A DNA stretch of 63,375 nucleotides, counting the filler, from Octopus bimaculoides (taxonomy: Eukaryota), in NCBI RefSeq assembly GCF_001194135.2. It is 9 parts of 7 records of this genome, joined end to end, with 100 filler letters (N's around TTAATTAATTAA, not from the genome) between each part and the next. Parts side by side here need not be neighbours in the genome. Positions count along the whole stretch, not along the records: positions 46,934 to 53,712 come from NC_068981.1; positions 53,813 to 56,857 come from NW_026299202.1; positions 56,958 to 59,696 come from NC_068989.1; positions 59,797 to 62,270 come from NW_026371695.1; positions 62,371 to 63,375 come from NC_068981.1; 4 more parts are not named here. One strand, written 5' to 3'. A program made the translations under genes and the position numbers. Below are positions 50,601 to 62,690 of this stretch, in pieces; position 1 is the first letter of the stretch, and each line of letters opens with the position of its first letter. A model generated the notes under the pieces. It was not told the origin of the DNA. It saw only the letters and a list, made by a program, of their open reading frames with translations, and ran no database searches.

Positions 50601-51223
50601 CACAAATATCACCACATATTTAATAGATCAACAATTAAAATATCCTTCTCTACAACACTAAACATAGGATCTATTATTGTCTGTTCTAATAAAAGAAAAA
50701 TTAACAAATATAAAAACAGTTGTAATAATAATAACAATAATAATAATAAGATAAGAAGTAGCAATAGGAATATATGTAATACACAAAATACTAGAACACC
50801 TAACAAGAATATTAATATAACAAAACCCCAGCAAAATTCTAACTACCATACATTCAAAAATATACAAAAAGCCTAAGATAACACAATACCACAAACCAAT
50901 GAAAATAAAAATAATAATTCACGAATAATAAATGTATCTAATTCCGCGATAAATAATACTACAATAAATTCAATAATAATACCAGACACCACAAATAATC
51001 ATATCAATAGTAGACAATATTCATCTGAACAGAAATATAAAAATAAAAATAAAAAGTGTTCATGTAAAAATAAAACATTATGCCCTTTAAAAGGCAAATG
51101 TAGAAGATTTAACGTAATATATAAATGCATAATTACAATAATTAATAATGCACATAGTATGGTATATATAGGTCGTTCTGTTAATTTCAAACAAAGATTT
51201 TTAGCACATATACACTCCTTTAA

Positions 51224-52426
51224 CCCTTTAATTACTAACCCGGCCGTAGCCGGCTGAAAAATTTTTTGGTTCATAAGACTAACCCGGCCGTAGCCGGCTG
51301 AGCGTACCCATTGTTATTTAAATGTATATTTGAACCCAAATTTCGTTAGTACATTCGTTAAAACACCTGATTTCNNNNNNNNNNNNNNNNNNNNNNNNNN
51401 NNNNNNNNNNNNNNNNNNNNNNNNNNNNNNNNNNNNNNNNNNNNNNNNNNNNNNNNNNNNNNNNNNNNNNNNNNNNNNNNNNNNNNNNNNNNNNNNNNNN
51501 NNNNNNNNNNNNNNNNNNNNNNNNNNNNNNNNNNNNNNNNNNNNNNNNNNNNNNNNNNNNNNNNNNNNNNNNNNNNNNNNNNNNNNNNNNNNNNNNNNNN
51601 NNNNNNNNNNNNNNNNNNNNNNNNNNNNNNNNNNNNNNNNNNNNNNNNNNNNNNNNNNNNNNNNNNNNNNNNNNNNNNNNNNNNNNNNNNNNNNNNNNNN
51701 NNNNNNNNNNNNNNNNNNNNNNNNNNNNNNNNNNNNNNNNNNNNNNNNNNNNNNNNNNNNNNNNNNNNNNNNNNNNNNNNNNNNNNNNNNNNNNNNNNNN
51801 NNNNNNNNNNNNNNNNNNNNNNNNNNNNNNNNNNNNNNNNNNNNNNNNNNNNNNNNNNNNNNNNNNNNNNNNNNNNNNNNNNNNNNNNNNNNNNNNNNNN
51901 NNNNNNNNNNNNNNNNNNNNNNNNNNNNNNNNNNNNNNNNNNNNNNNNNNNNNNNNNNNNNNNNNNNNNNNNNNNNNNNNNNNNNNNNNNNNNNNNNNNN
52001 NNNNNNNNNNNNNNNNNNNNNNNNNNNNNNNNNNNNNNNNNNNNNNNNNNNNNNNNNNNNNNNNNNNNNNNNNNNNNNNNNNNNNNNNNNNNNNNNNNNN
52101 NNNNNNNNNNNNNNNNNNNNNNNNNNNNNNNNNNNNNNNNNNNNNNNNNNNNNNNNNNNNNNNNNNNNNNNNNNNNNNNNNNNNNNNNNNNNNNNNNNNN
52201 NNNNNNNNNNNNNNNNNNNNNNNNNNNNNNNNNNAGACAAAAATTATGCAATAGAATTGATTAAGAACCCTTTCTTTAATTATGTTCCAAATATCACATT
52301 AATATGTTGATAAATAAAAAAAAGTTACAGGTGTTTAATGAGACTAGTCTAAATTCATGATTATTTTAGAATTTAATTGAAACTCATGTGGGGTGTATTT
52401 TGGTCAGAAATATAGTAACGAAAGGG
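51224..52426. mobile_element. piggyBac-like TTAA-flanked insertion inside the PLE endonuclease (interior mostly N)
   Basis: TTAA (51220-51223)-CCCTTTAATTACTA ... TAGTAACGAAAGGG-TTAA (52427-52430); 12/14 TIR match; excision restores HSF-KPNIATNTTSLATY in frame. Confidence 0.8.
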
Positions 52427-53386
52427 TTAAACCAAACATAGCTACCAATACGACGTCATTAGCTACATATATACATAAACTTAAGAATAACAAAGTTAAC
52501 TATAAATTAGATTGGTCAATAATAGATTCAGCCACACCATACACACATAGATCTAATAGTTGCTGTCTCTGTATGAAGAAATCACTGTATATATTATTAT
52601 ATAAACAAGAACCTAATAAATTGTCAATCAGAAGCACTTTCAACATGTAGAGATGGGTTTTATAAAACCTTTTAATATTATAGGAGATCTGATAAAAATT
52701 TAAATTAATGACTACATGTAGTTTTTTTTCTTTTTTATTATGATATCAAAATATAAGGTGATACTTACAAATAGATTGATAGATAAATTAATTAGAATTA
52801 TTTGACTATACTCACATTTACAAGACATAAATTATACATTAGATAAAGATTGAACTGATACTCTTGGAATTAGAACCATTGCATATCTAATCTATAACAA
52901 ATGGACAGTTACAATTGCATTAAATTTTAAAATAAAAATTTAATTGGCATCTTCCAATTATAAAAACAAAAAATATAAAAGAAATATTTTGACCAATTTA
53001 AAATTTTATAACCTCAAACATAAATTTTACATTATATTATTTAAGTCTAAGAACCATATTCGGAATACAAGACAATGTAATGGATTTTATATACAATTAT
53101 TATGGATTACTACAGAAGATTCTCATACTAAAGTCTATCTAGCAAAAATCAAAAGCAGATAATATAATGGATTTTACACATAACTATTATGGATTATTAC
53201 AGAAGACCAACCAAGGAAGAAAATATGGATGAAAGTCTCATACTAAAGTGTACTTACCAAAATGCAAAGCAGTAATTTTTAATTTTTAATATTTAATTTA
53301 TATTTCAAACAAACACCTTTTTATAATATTACTTCATATTTCTTAAAAAAAATAGCATTCAATAAATTATACAAATTCAAAATTTA

Positions 53387-53478
53387 TATCTCTGAAAAGC
53401 AGAAGAGTTGTTTATAAATGCTTATCAATATAGGATTCCATTATTAGGACAGCACTTTTGTGAAATAATCGTAAGATG
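53387..53478 (+). ncRNA. Decayed hammerhead ribozyme in the PLE 3' terminal region
   Basis: TATCT-CTGAAAA-GCAGAAG...CTTTTGT-GAAA-TAATCG-TA-AGATG; core G>A change and non-palindromic stem III, both explicable by decay. Confidence 0.4.
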
Positions 53479-54452
53479 CTTTAAAACTTGACTCAAAATT
53501 TTTAAACTGATATATTTATTATTATTATATTATATATTTATACTTATACATATTTACATATATTTTTACATATAGTTTTAATACAACAATTATTCTACAC
53601 ATATATATATCTTTCCGATGAATTTTCTAATATTGATTTCCTGATATTAATAATAATATATTATAAAATATATATATATACATATGTATATATGTATGTG
53701 TGTATGTATATANNNNNNNNNNNNNNNNNNNNNNNNNNNNNNNNNNNNNNNNNNNNTTAATTAATTAANNNNNNNNNNNNNNNNNNNNNNNNNNNNNNNN
53801 NNNNNNNNNNNNGTATATATGTATATATGAATGTATGTATGCATGCATGCATGTATATATGTATGTATGTGTGTGTCTGTGTGTGTCTGTGTCTGTGTGT
53901 GTGTATGTGTGCATGTGTGTGTGTGTGCACGTATGAGCTACTATCACAAGAATGTTTTAAAATAATTCAAATCTTACCTTCAAAATAGCTTATAAAGCCT
54001 CATGTACATGCATACCAACATGTTTGTACGTATGTATATATGTATGTATGCATGTATGTATGTATGTATGTATGCATGCATGCATGTATGTATGTATGTA
54101 CGTATGCATGCATGTATGTATGTATGTATGTAGCAGGTTTTGTGAAAATTGGTGGCGACTTAGAACTTGTATATTTCCAGCATCTGGATAAATTTTTTTT
54201 TTTTTTTTTATTCCTTCAATAAAAAGTTTCACTCACGTCACGTTCCACTTGAGATGGGTAAGTCCTTTCCAATGATAATGTCCCTTGGATGTTGAGTGAA
54301 AGTGAAGCAGTGATTGCATATTTGGCCACACCTTCACCGAAACGACTGTCCATTCGGATTTATTGCCAAAGGGAATCAATCAAGGCAGACATGGCTAATA
54401 CCACGCCTTATGCTCTTGAAGGATTCATCTGTGTATTATACATATATGTGTG

Positions 54453-54500
<48 letters not shown>

Positions 54501-54573
54501 CATGTATGCGTGTGTGTGTATGTATGTATATATCATATATATATATATATGTATGTATGCATGTATGTATGTA

Positions 54574-54708
<135 letters not shown>

Positions 54709-55909
54709 GTGTGTGTGTGTGTGAGCGTGTGTGTCTGTGTGTATTTATATATATAGATAGATAGATAGATAGATAGATACATATGCATATATATATATAT
54801 ACATATATATATACACATATATATATACATATATGTATATATATAGAGAGAGAGAGGGAGAGAGAGGATAAATTGATAAATAGATAGATATGTATATATG
54901 CATATATCCGTATCCCTCTCCCTCTCCCTCTCCCTCTCTCTCCCTCTCTCTCCCTCTCTCTCTCTATGCATGTATTTGTGTGTATGTATGCGCGCGCGTA
55001 TATTCATGCACACATACACACGCGCCTCCATGTACAAACACACATTCACACACATGTCACCCGAAATGTTCGTAAACCGAAACTATTTTTCCCATAGGTA
55101 ATTCAAGAGAAGGTGCAGCAGATTCGAACAGGGGTGTGCACAGAACGAAAGCTAGACAGCAACCGCTGATCTCTCACTGATACTCTCAGCTTGTCACCAA
55201 CTGTTGTTGCCGGCTTGCGTGTTCGTTACTGGAAAGACCGTTCGTCACCCGAGACGTCTTATGTTCGCAAACAGATTTATTCGTGATGAGAGGCTTTCGT
55301 AAACGGAGGTCCTACTGTATTTATATATTTATTTATTTTGCTTTTGCTGTATGTCAGCCAAAAGACAGGATACAGCCAATCCGATCAGATCTTCGTTCAT
55401 TGATTTACAAATCAAATCGATACGTAAACTGTACCGTTTCTTCTGACGCAGCTTCTAGTGTAGGCTCAAAACCTTTAAAAATATGCTTAGTGTATGAAAA
55501 AAGGAAAAAAAAACTCAGGGCTTAACTATTTCAAGCAATCTTGCATTGTTACATTCCTGTTTTCGGTCCAAGAGAGCCCAATATCATTGATATCACATTC
55601 CCGTTATTGTATCTTTTCTGTAGCATCACTTTTATGTCAGGCCAGTCTTCGTAATCGTCTTGATTCGGGGCTTAGCATGTTCTCATAGCAACTGATAAGG
55701 AAGATAACCTTAATCGTGTAATATCTCTTCGAGAGCTGATATTGTTTAATACATCGTTGAATTTCTGAATTTCACATGTGGAGTATCGAGACAAAGAAGT
55801 CGCTTTTATTTTACGATAAAGATCATGTAATTCTTTTGAACAAGTTTGTTTTGTTTTGAGGGTAGAATGTTGGCCTATTAGGCATTATATTTAATAAGAG
55901 ATATAAGAT

Positions 55910-56227
55910 TTGCCAGCGTGCCTCGTAGTCCCGACGGACAAAATGGAAAGAAGCGTTGCTCCACCGGAGGATGGCAAGGCAGACGCACTGGAACAGCCAC
56001 TCCAACTCACGGAACTCGCATTTGCGGATAACCAACTCTGCCTCAGTAGCAATGAGCAGGGATTTAGTCCGGCAGTGAGTGGGGGTGCGTTGGGGGAAAG
56101 AACGCCTCAAGGTCAACCACAGAGCGTCAGTTTGTTTCCCAATGTAGACAGGCGGAAAATTGTATGCCTGAATATTGTGACTACGCAAAGATTTCGATCT
56201 ATGGAGACAGAGATATCGCCCGAATGA
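55910..56227 (+). other. CpG/GC-rich non-repetitive island with an unassigned ORF (94 aa from AAAATGG at 55943)
   Basis: Locally raised GC and CpG; no SINE/LINE motif recognised; overlapping open frames on both strands; no recognisable domain. Confidence 0.25.
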
Positions 56228-56419
56228 GTCGATAAGGCGCAGCTGTTTAGACGCTGGTGATTCAGCACGGCTGACTGGATATTGAGCCTGTTTTGACGAT
56301 GATACTTTTTGATGCTAGAGGCGTGCGCGCACATATGTACACATGTAGAGAGAGACAAAGAGTGAGAACGAGCGAGCGAGGGAGGAAAAGAGGAATGAGA
56401 GAAAAAGACATTAAATATA

Positions 56420-56456
<37 letters not shown>

Positions 56457-56691
56457 AGATTCGGAAGGAGAGACTTGGGGAAACATTAAAACAGTAGGAG
56501 CCTTAAAACGTCTGATGTGAAACTAAGTCAACGTCGAATAAGCGACTCCAGACAGGCGACACCGAAACGGCTGTGACCAAACATCCCATACCAATATTTC
56601 GTGTATGTATTCTTTTACTTGTTCCAGNNNNNNNNNNCGACACCGAAACGGCTGTGACCAAACATCCCATACCAATATTTCGTGTATGTAT

Positions 56692-56857
56692 TCTTTTACT
56701 TGTTCCAGTCATTTGACTGCGGTTATGCTGGAGCACCGCCTTTAGTCGAGCAAATCGAGCCCTAGACTTATTCTTTGTAAGCCTAGTACTCATTCTATCG
56801 GTCTCTCTTTTACCGAACCGCTAAGTTCCGAGGACGTAAACACACCAGCATCGGTTG
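56692..56857 (-). mobile_element. SINE family B 3' fragment
   Basis: CTTTTACTTGTTCCAGTCATTTGACTGCGGTTATGCTGGAGCACCGCC..GTAAACACACCAGCATCGGTTG. Confidence 0.8.
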
Positions 56858-57307
56858 NNNNNNNNNNNNNNNNNNNNNNNNNNNNNNNNNNNNNNNNNNN
56901 NTTAATTAATTAANNNNNNNNNNNNNNNNNNNNNNNNNNNNNNNNNNNNNNNNNNNNACTGAGGCAGCATTCATCCAAACTTTCAAGATCCAACCTCAGA
57001 TATATCATCGCATTGTCTCTCTACTACCTCTGTCAAATGAATCACCAAAATTGGCCTTTCATTATTTATAATCTGTACCTGTTTGTTTGGTTACGAAATA
57101 AAATACACAAAACGTCTTTCTGAATTACGTGTATTTACTTTATATACATATGAGTTGAAAACTTTCTTCTAGCATTCCACTTAATGTCTATGTTCCATGC
57201 TGGCATGGATTGGAGAGTTATTAATGTAGAAATATGGTATCGTAGCTACTAACAGTTGAGGGTTGCGTAGTCTAGACGGCGTTTTTAGATCTCATTATTC
57301 TCTTTAA

Positions 57308-57336
57308 CCCGGGCAACGCCGGGTATTTCTGCTAGT
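57308..57336 (+). mobile_element. Helitron-type 3' terminus
   Basis: Hairpin CCCGG-GCAACG-CCGGG, 8 nt, then CTAG followed by T. Confidence 0.5.
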
Positions 57337-59657
57337 ACTGTATATGGTAAACCTATTATTATCTTCATAAGCTTATAATTTTCTGAAAGTCTCTTATATT
57401 ATATAAGTTTGGTACGTTAGATAAATTAGATTTTTCAAAATTCAATACTCTGCATGAAATGACAGCAGCAAATGCAATACAATTCACAGGAAATGAGAAC
57501 AATATCTACGGAGCTATATTGTACATAACAGATGATATCTTGGGTAAGTGTTATCTGGCTGAATATTAGTTTAGATTCGAAGAAGAGAGAAATACAAATG
57601 TAATAACCATAGAAATCGCAATGATATTAAAAAGATTACTTCATAAACACAGCAGTGTAGTTAAAATTTCGCGATAAAATATCTCAAGTTTCTGTTCAAT
57701 AACAAGAGACATCAAGCCGTAATTTTAGACGTCGCTTCATCTAATCAAAAGCCACCTGACATTTGGGTGACTACAACAGAGCCAACTATGTTACAAGAGC
57801 AGGAATCCGGTGTAAAAATATATTTTTTCACCGGCCTCGGAGACCTGGAAAAAAAAGAAGTTATAGGTGCTGACCATAAATCCTGTCACTAAGTCTTAAA
57901 AAATAGAAAAAAATAATAAAGAAATAATACATAAACAAACAGAATAATTATTAACAGAGAAAGATATATCGCTGAATAAAATTGTATACTGGGCTGTAAA
58001 TAGTTGATGTTCTTAATAACAGCATATTAGTTTGGTTGATACGATTAAAAACCTCACTTGCATTGTCTTCATCTCTTGACAGGAAAAGGAATAACTCCTA
58101 GAAAAAGATTTATCATATGATCCCTAATTGCAATTAATAGAAGAGTAGTTATCAGAAATTATAACCGAGTTTTGTCCTGAAGGAATCCAAATGCTGCTAA
58201 GATATTCAATATTATACCCAGATGCCAAAACGTTAGTATGAAATATTGAATATTATGAACATGTTATCGATATGTTAATACGGATGCGTTTTTTGCGTGT
58301 TCGATTGAGATTAGTTTATTTCTTCCGGTTATTAGTTCCATAGGCAGTTTGAGCTGTTAGTTCGTTGAGATTTCTGAATGTAAAGCGTCTCATGTGAACA
58401 CGACAATATTTTGTTACTCTATAAGACACTACAAAACAACAAAATATTAATATTCGAACGAAAAAGAAAAGCAAATGATAAGTAGAATCGCTAAAAAGTC
58501 ATACAAAACACATTACGGTATTTAGTGACATTACTTTGCGTGTAGAGTTCAAATCCCGCCGAAGTCCAATTTTCATGGATTGATAAAATAAGGTACTGGG
58601 GTTGATTTAGAGTAATTGTATTCTCCCACCAAAAACAGCGGCCTTGTGCTAATGTAAAAAAAAAAATTTGATTTTGTGTTTATGTTAGAAATCATTGCGA
58701 TTTTTTGTTATACTTTCTCATTAATTAAAATTTTAGAATTAGATTCCTATGGCAACACAACTCTTATTTTATGCATTTTATAAACTCTTTTTTTTTTCTG
58801 AGGCAAACCATTACCAGTTTTCTTTTCTTTCGGAAAAATATCCTTTTTTAGTCCTCCACCTGCTGACTGCAGCCATGCTGGGATACTACACAACCTTCAA
58901 GAGTTTTAATTAAGTATATCGGCCCCATTAGGCACTTCACTTTGACACCTATTTGATCAACGTCTAATTATCGAATAGAAAATTTTCTGGAGTAGGTGGC
59001 GCTTTGCTAATTAGGTTTTCGGTTAGGTTGTGATGGTGAGATATTATTGAAAATTTGTATTGATTAAATTTGTGGTTGTGCTATTGTTTAGAATCTATTC
59101 ATGCACGTAGAATTTTGTAATCAGGTGTGTTTATTTAAATGTGTCAGCTTCAGGTCATGGATTTGCTTTTTTCAGTGACTCACAAAAGAATGTAGGTTGG
59201 TATAAGGACTTAGTTGTTCAGCATATGTGTCACTAGGTTTAGTTGTTGGTTCTATTTGGATATCAATGGAAAATTAACCTTTTGTTTTGAGAATGTGAAA
59301 GTTAAAATTCGGAGTTCAGCGTAGCATTAAAACCTTTGTAATTAGGAAAATTTGTTTAGGTGTATCAGTGATCAGGTAATAGAATTTTTATGGGTTCACG
59401 AAAGAATGAAAGTAGATGGTGATGTTGGTTGATTATCGGACTTCTTTACTTCATGTTGGTGTTATTAAGGAAATTTAAACTTCTCGATATCGAGAAGGTT
59501 GAAGTTATCACTTAAGTGTGTCATGGTGTTGTTAGTATATAATTTTTTTTTCTCATGCTTTAATGTTCTACTAAATGTATTGAGTACTCCTCCCGTTTAA
59601 TATAAAATTGTTTTCATTATAACTTAACATGAAAACAAACGTTAATATTTTCATACA

Positions 59658-59696
<39 letters not shown>

Positions 59697-60986
59697 NNNN
59701 NNNNNNNNNNNNNNNNNNNNNNNNNNNNNNNNNNNNNNNNTTAATTAATTAANNNNNNNNNNNNNNNNNNNNNNNNNNNNNNNNNNNNNNNNNNNNAATG
59801 TATAAAATACAGTGATACGTTAAGCTAATCATTTAATTATTAACAACTGAATAGATTCATAAAATAAATCCTAATTAGTATATTGCTATCTAAACACCCA
59901 AGCTTCCAAAATAATAAGCTAAAATTTGTATAATTGAATAAAAGCAATTCTGAAAGAAACATGAAAACGAGGTAAAATACGAAAATATTTAAAGAAACCA
60001 CTCCAAATCTTATGCAGATAATGTTTATATATTTAATAATGTAATGAAGAAGGGCGGGACTCGTCTGTTTATAACAAAACACAGCTAAAGTCGAGAGAAG
60101 AAGGTTCATAAATGAAATAATTATAGAAGTTTATCGCAGAGGGTGGCAAGAATACAGAACGGCGGAAGAAAAATTGTTTTTATTGATAAAGAAGCATGGA
60201 CTGGAATGTGGACACAGCTGAATATGAGACAATATTAACAACTGAGAAAGGAAAGAAAACATGACATTATCAAATATATCAGGATAATAGAAAAGGCAAC
60301 CAAATTTCCTCTCAACCCACGTCCAATCATTTTTGATAAAATATATAACGTCGTCGTGATTACATTGTTGACTAAAAATAAGACGGGTTTGTCGTGGTTG
60401 GAGGCCTTTCTTCATAGGTCTGTTAGATGAGAATTAGTCTGGGACAAAATAACCATAACAACAACAACAATAATGGCAACAGCAACATCTAGGATGTTAC
60501 TCGGTGGAAATAGGAATATTCTTCCTTCGTGACAAGACTGGTAAATATGAAGAAAAAATAATTGCATGTCTCGGGTAAGTTCTGCTCCAAAAAGCAGAAA
60601 CAGCGGGGGTTTATAAACCTTCATTTTGCACAAGACCAGAGATAAACGACAGGAAACTAAGTTTAAAATATAAACATATGAAAAGAGAGATTGCTTAAGT
60701 GGATAGTAAATACCAAGATACAATTGACCACATTGTAACAAATATACTCAGCCTTGGCCAAGCCAGAACAACATGCATGTATATGCATACAGACATAACT
60801 GTATGCGCGCGCATGCGTGTGTTTGTCTGTCTGTCGTCGTGTTTAATTAATTGCATGTTAATCACTACAAAATCTGGGAAGATAAGCATATGTTAATAAA
60901 GGAAGTCAAAGAAGCCTTTTAAAGCAGAAGGCCACAGTGAATTAAGTGGAATCTTTAATATGGCGTTATTTAAAATATATTTATAT

Positions 60987-61200
60987 GGCGGCGAGCTGGC
61001 AAGATTGTCAGCACGCCGGGCAAAATGCTTAGCAGCATTTCGTTGGTCTTTACGTTTCAAGTTCAAAACCGACGAGGTCAACTTTTTCCTCTCGTCCTTT
61101 CGGGGTCGATAAAATAAGTAGTAGTTGAAGACTGGGGTCGATGTGATCGACTTCCTCACTGCCCCGAACTTGCTGTCCTTGTTCCAAAATTTGAAATCGA
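60987..61200 (+). mobile_element. SINE family A copy
   Basis: GGCGGCGAGCTGGCAAGATTGTCAGCACGCCGGGCAAAATGCTTAGC head and body. Confidence 0.85.
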
Positions 61201-61244
61201 TATTAAAAATACATTCATTAAATATACTGCAAAACTACTTATTT

Positions 61245-61640
61245 TTGTCTTTCACGTGTTTCAAATCACTGGCCTGTGACCATGCTGAGGCATCGCCTTG
61301 AAGTATTATTACTAGAACAAATCGACCACAATCTGATACTTATTTTATCAGTCAGTTTTGCCGAGCCGCTAAGTTACGGAGAGAAATAAACTAATACCAG
61401 ATGTCAAGCGCTGGTGGTGCTGGTGTTGGTGCTGGTGATGGTGCTGGTGATGGTGGTGAACACACACACACACACACACACACATACACACTACGGGCTT
61501 CTTTCAGTTCCGCCTACCAAATCCACTGAAAAGGTTCGAGGCTATAGTAGAAGACACTTGCCCAAGAGGCCACCCAGTGGGACTGAACCTGAAAACAACG
61601 TGGTTACAAAGCGAACTTCTTACCATACAGTTAAGCCTGT
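61245..61640 (-). mobile_element. SINE family B copy
   Basis: Colinear with 893-1293. Confidence 0.8.
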
Positions 61641-61989
61641 GCCTACAGTTAAAATATAATTATAAATATAAAAGTAAAAATTTAAAATGTTATTATTTAA
61701 AAAAAATTATTAGTATTATAATATATTTAGTAATACATAACCAACAAAAAAATGCTATTTCTTAATGCAAAACGCAGACGTCTTCCAGAAGGTCACACAG
61801 AAGGGACATTATTGATAACACTAAGGTTAAGGTTGAAGATTCCTTATGGGGAAGTCTGGGTTTTGCATTAAAAGATAGTACTTTCTGTAGGTTATGTATT
61901 ATTAAATATATTCTACTGAACATAAATACCTTAAAAATAATTACATTTTACATTCTTACTTTAATATTTGTAACCTCCTACTAGGAGGC

Positions 61990-62170
61990 ATGAAATTTGG
62001 GAGCAGGGTGGTTGATTTCATCGACCCCAGTTTGTATCTATTTTATCGATCTCGAAAGGATAAAAGGAAAAGTCGATCTCGGCGGAATTTTAATTCAGGA
62101 CGTAAAACCGTAAGAAATGCTGTTGAGCATTTTATCCGGTATGCTAATGATTCAGTCGGCTTGTCAGCTT
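61990..62170 (-). mobile_element. Old SINE family A copy
   Basis: CGAAAGGATAAAAGGAAAAGTCGATCTCGGCGGAATT, reverse-complement body. Confidence 0.7.
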
Positions 62171-62370
62171 AATAATATCTGCATCTGTTCTAGACACATG
62201 GACAACAGCTTTCATGAGACGGGGTTAAATCGATATGATTCACCCCAAAACTGGTACTTTTTTCATGACTNNNNNNNNNNNNNNNNNNNNNNNNNNNNNN
62301 NNNNNNNNNNNNNNTTAATTAATTAANNNNNNNNNNNNNNNNNNNNNNNNNNNNNNNNNNNNNNNNNNNN

Positions 62371-62587
62371 GTGTGTTTGTGTGTGTGTGTGTATGTGTTT
62401 GTTCCCCCATCATCGCTTGACAACCGATGCTGGTGTGTTTACGTCCCCGTAACTTAGCATTTCGGCAAAAAGAGACCTGTATAATACGTACTAGGCTTAC
62501 AAAGAATAAGTGCTGGGGTCGACTTGCTCGACTAAAGGCGCTGCTCCAGCATGGCCGCAGTCAAGTGACTGAAACATGTAAAAGGTA
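62371..62587 (+). mobile_element. SINE family B 3' half
   Basis: CGCTTGACAACCGATGCTGGTGTGTTTACGTCCCCGTAACTTAGC..CAGCATGGCCGCAGTCAAGTGACTGAAAC. Confidence 0.85.
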
Positions 62588-62622
62588 AAAGAGTAAAAGA
62601 GAGAGTAGACAGAGAGACCGAT

Positions 62623-62690
<68 letters not shown>

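Larger units (their letters stand above)
48498..53661 (+). mobile_element. Near full-length Penelope-like element (RT plus C-terminal GIY-YIG; Naiad-like motif set), decayed, with terminal repeats
   Basis: ORF from ATG 48887: SLKDIPIPSKDTY..IKRMR*KAF; KDHKLDFNINPTIRLICPTK; FLQFDI; FDITMG; GRLYRED; CSCKNKTLCPLKGKC..VIYKC..YIG..; SLATYIHKLK..WSII..CCLC; 135-bp direct repeats 48584-48718 and 53527-53661; inverted segment 48498-48585 vs about 53283-53366. Confidence 0.88.

Noticed and set aside
1173-53947. Long ORFs in the supplied track dominated by X
   Set aside because: They are open only because N gaps contain no stops; the flanking residues are microsatellite translations (YIYI, HTHT, CVCV)
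57440-60450. Possible very old LINE/PLE coding remnants (about 57440-57900, 58950-59500, 59950-60350)
   Set aside because: Only faint motif echoes with many stops; not supportable without a profile search
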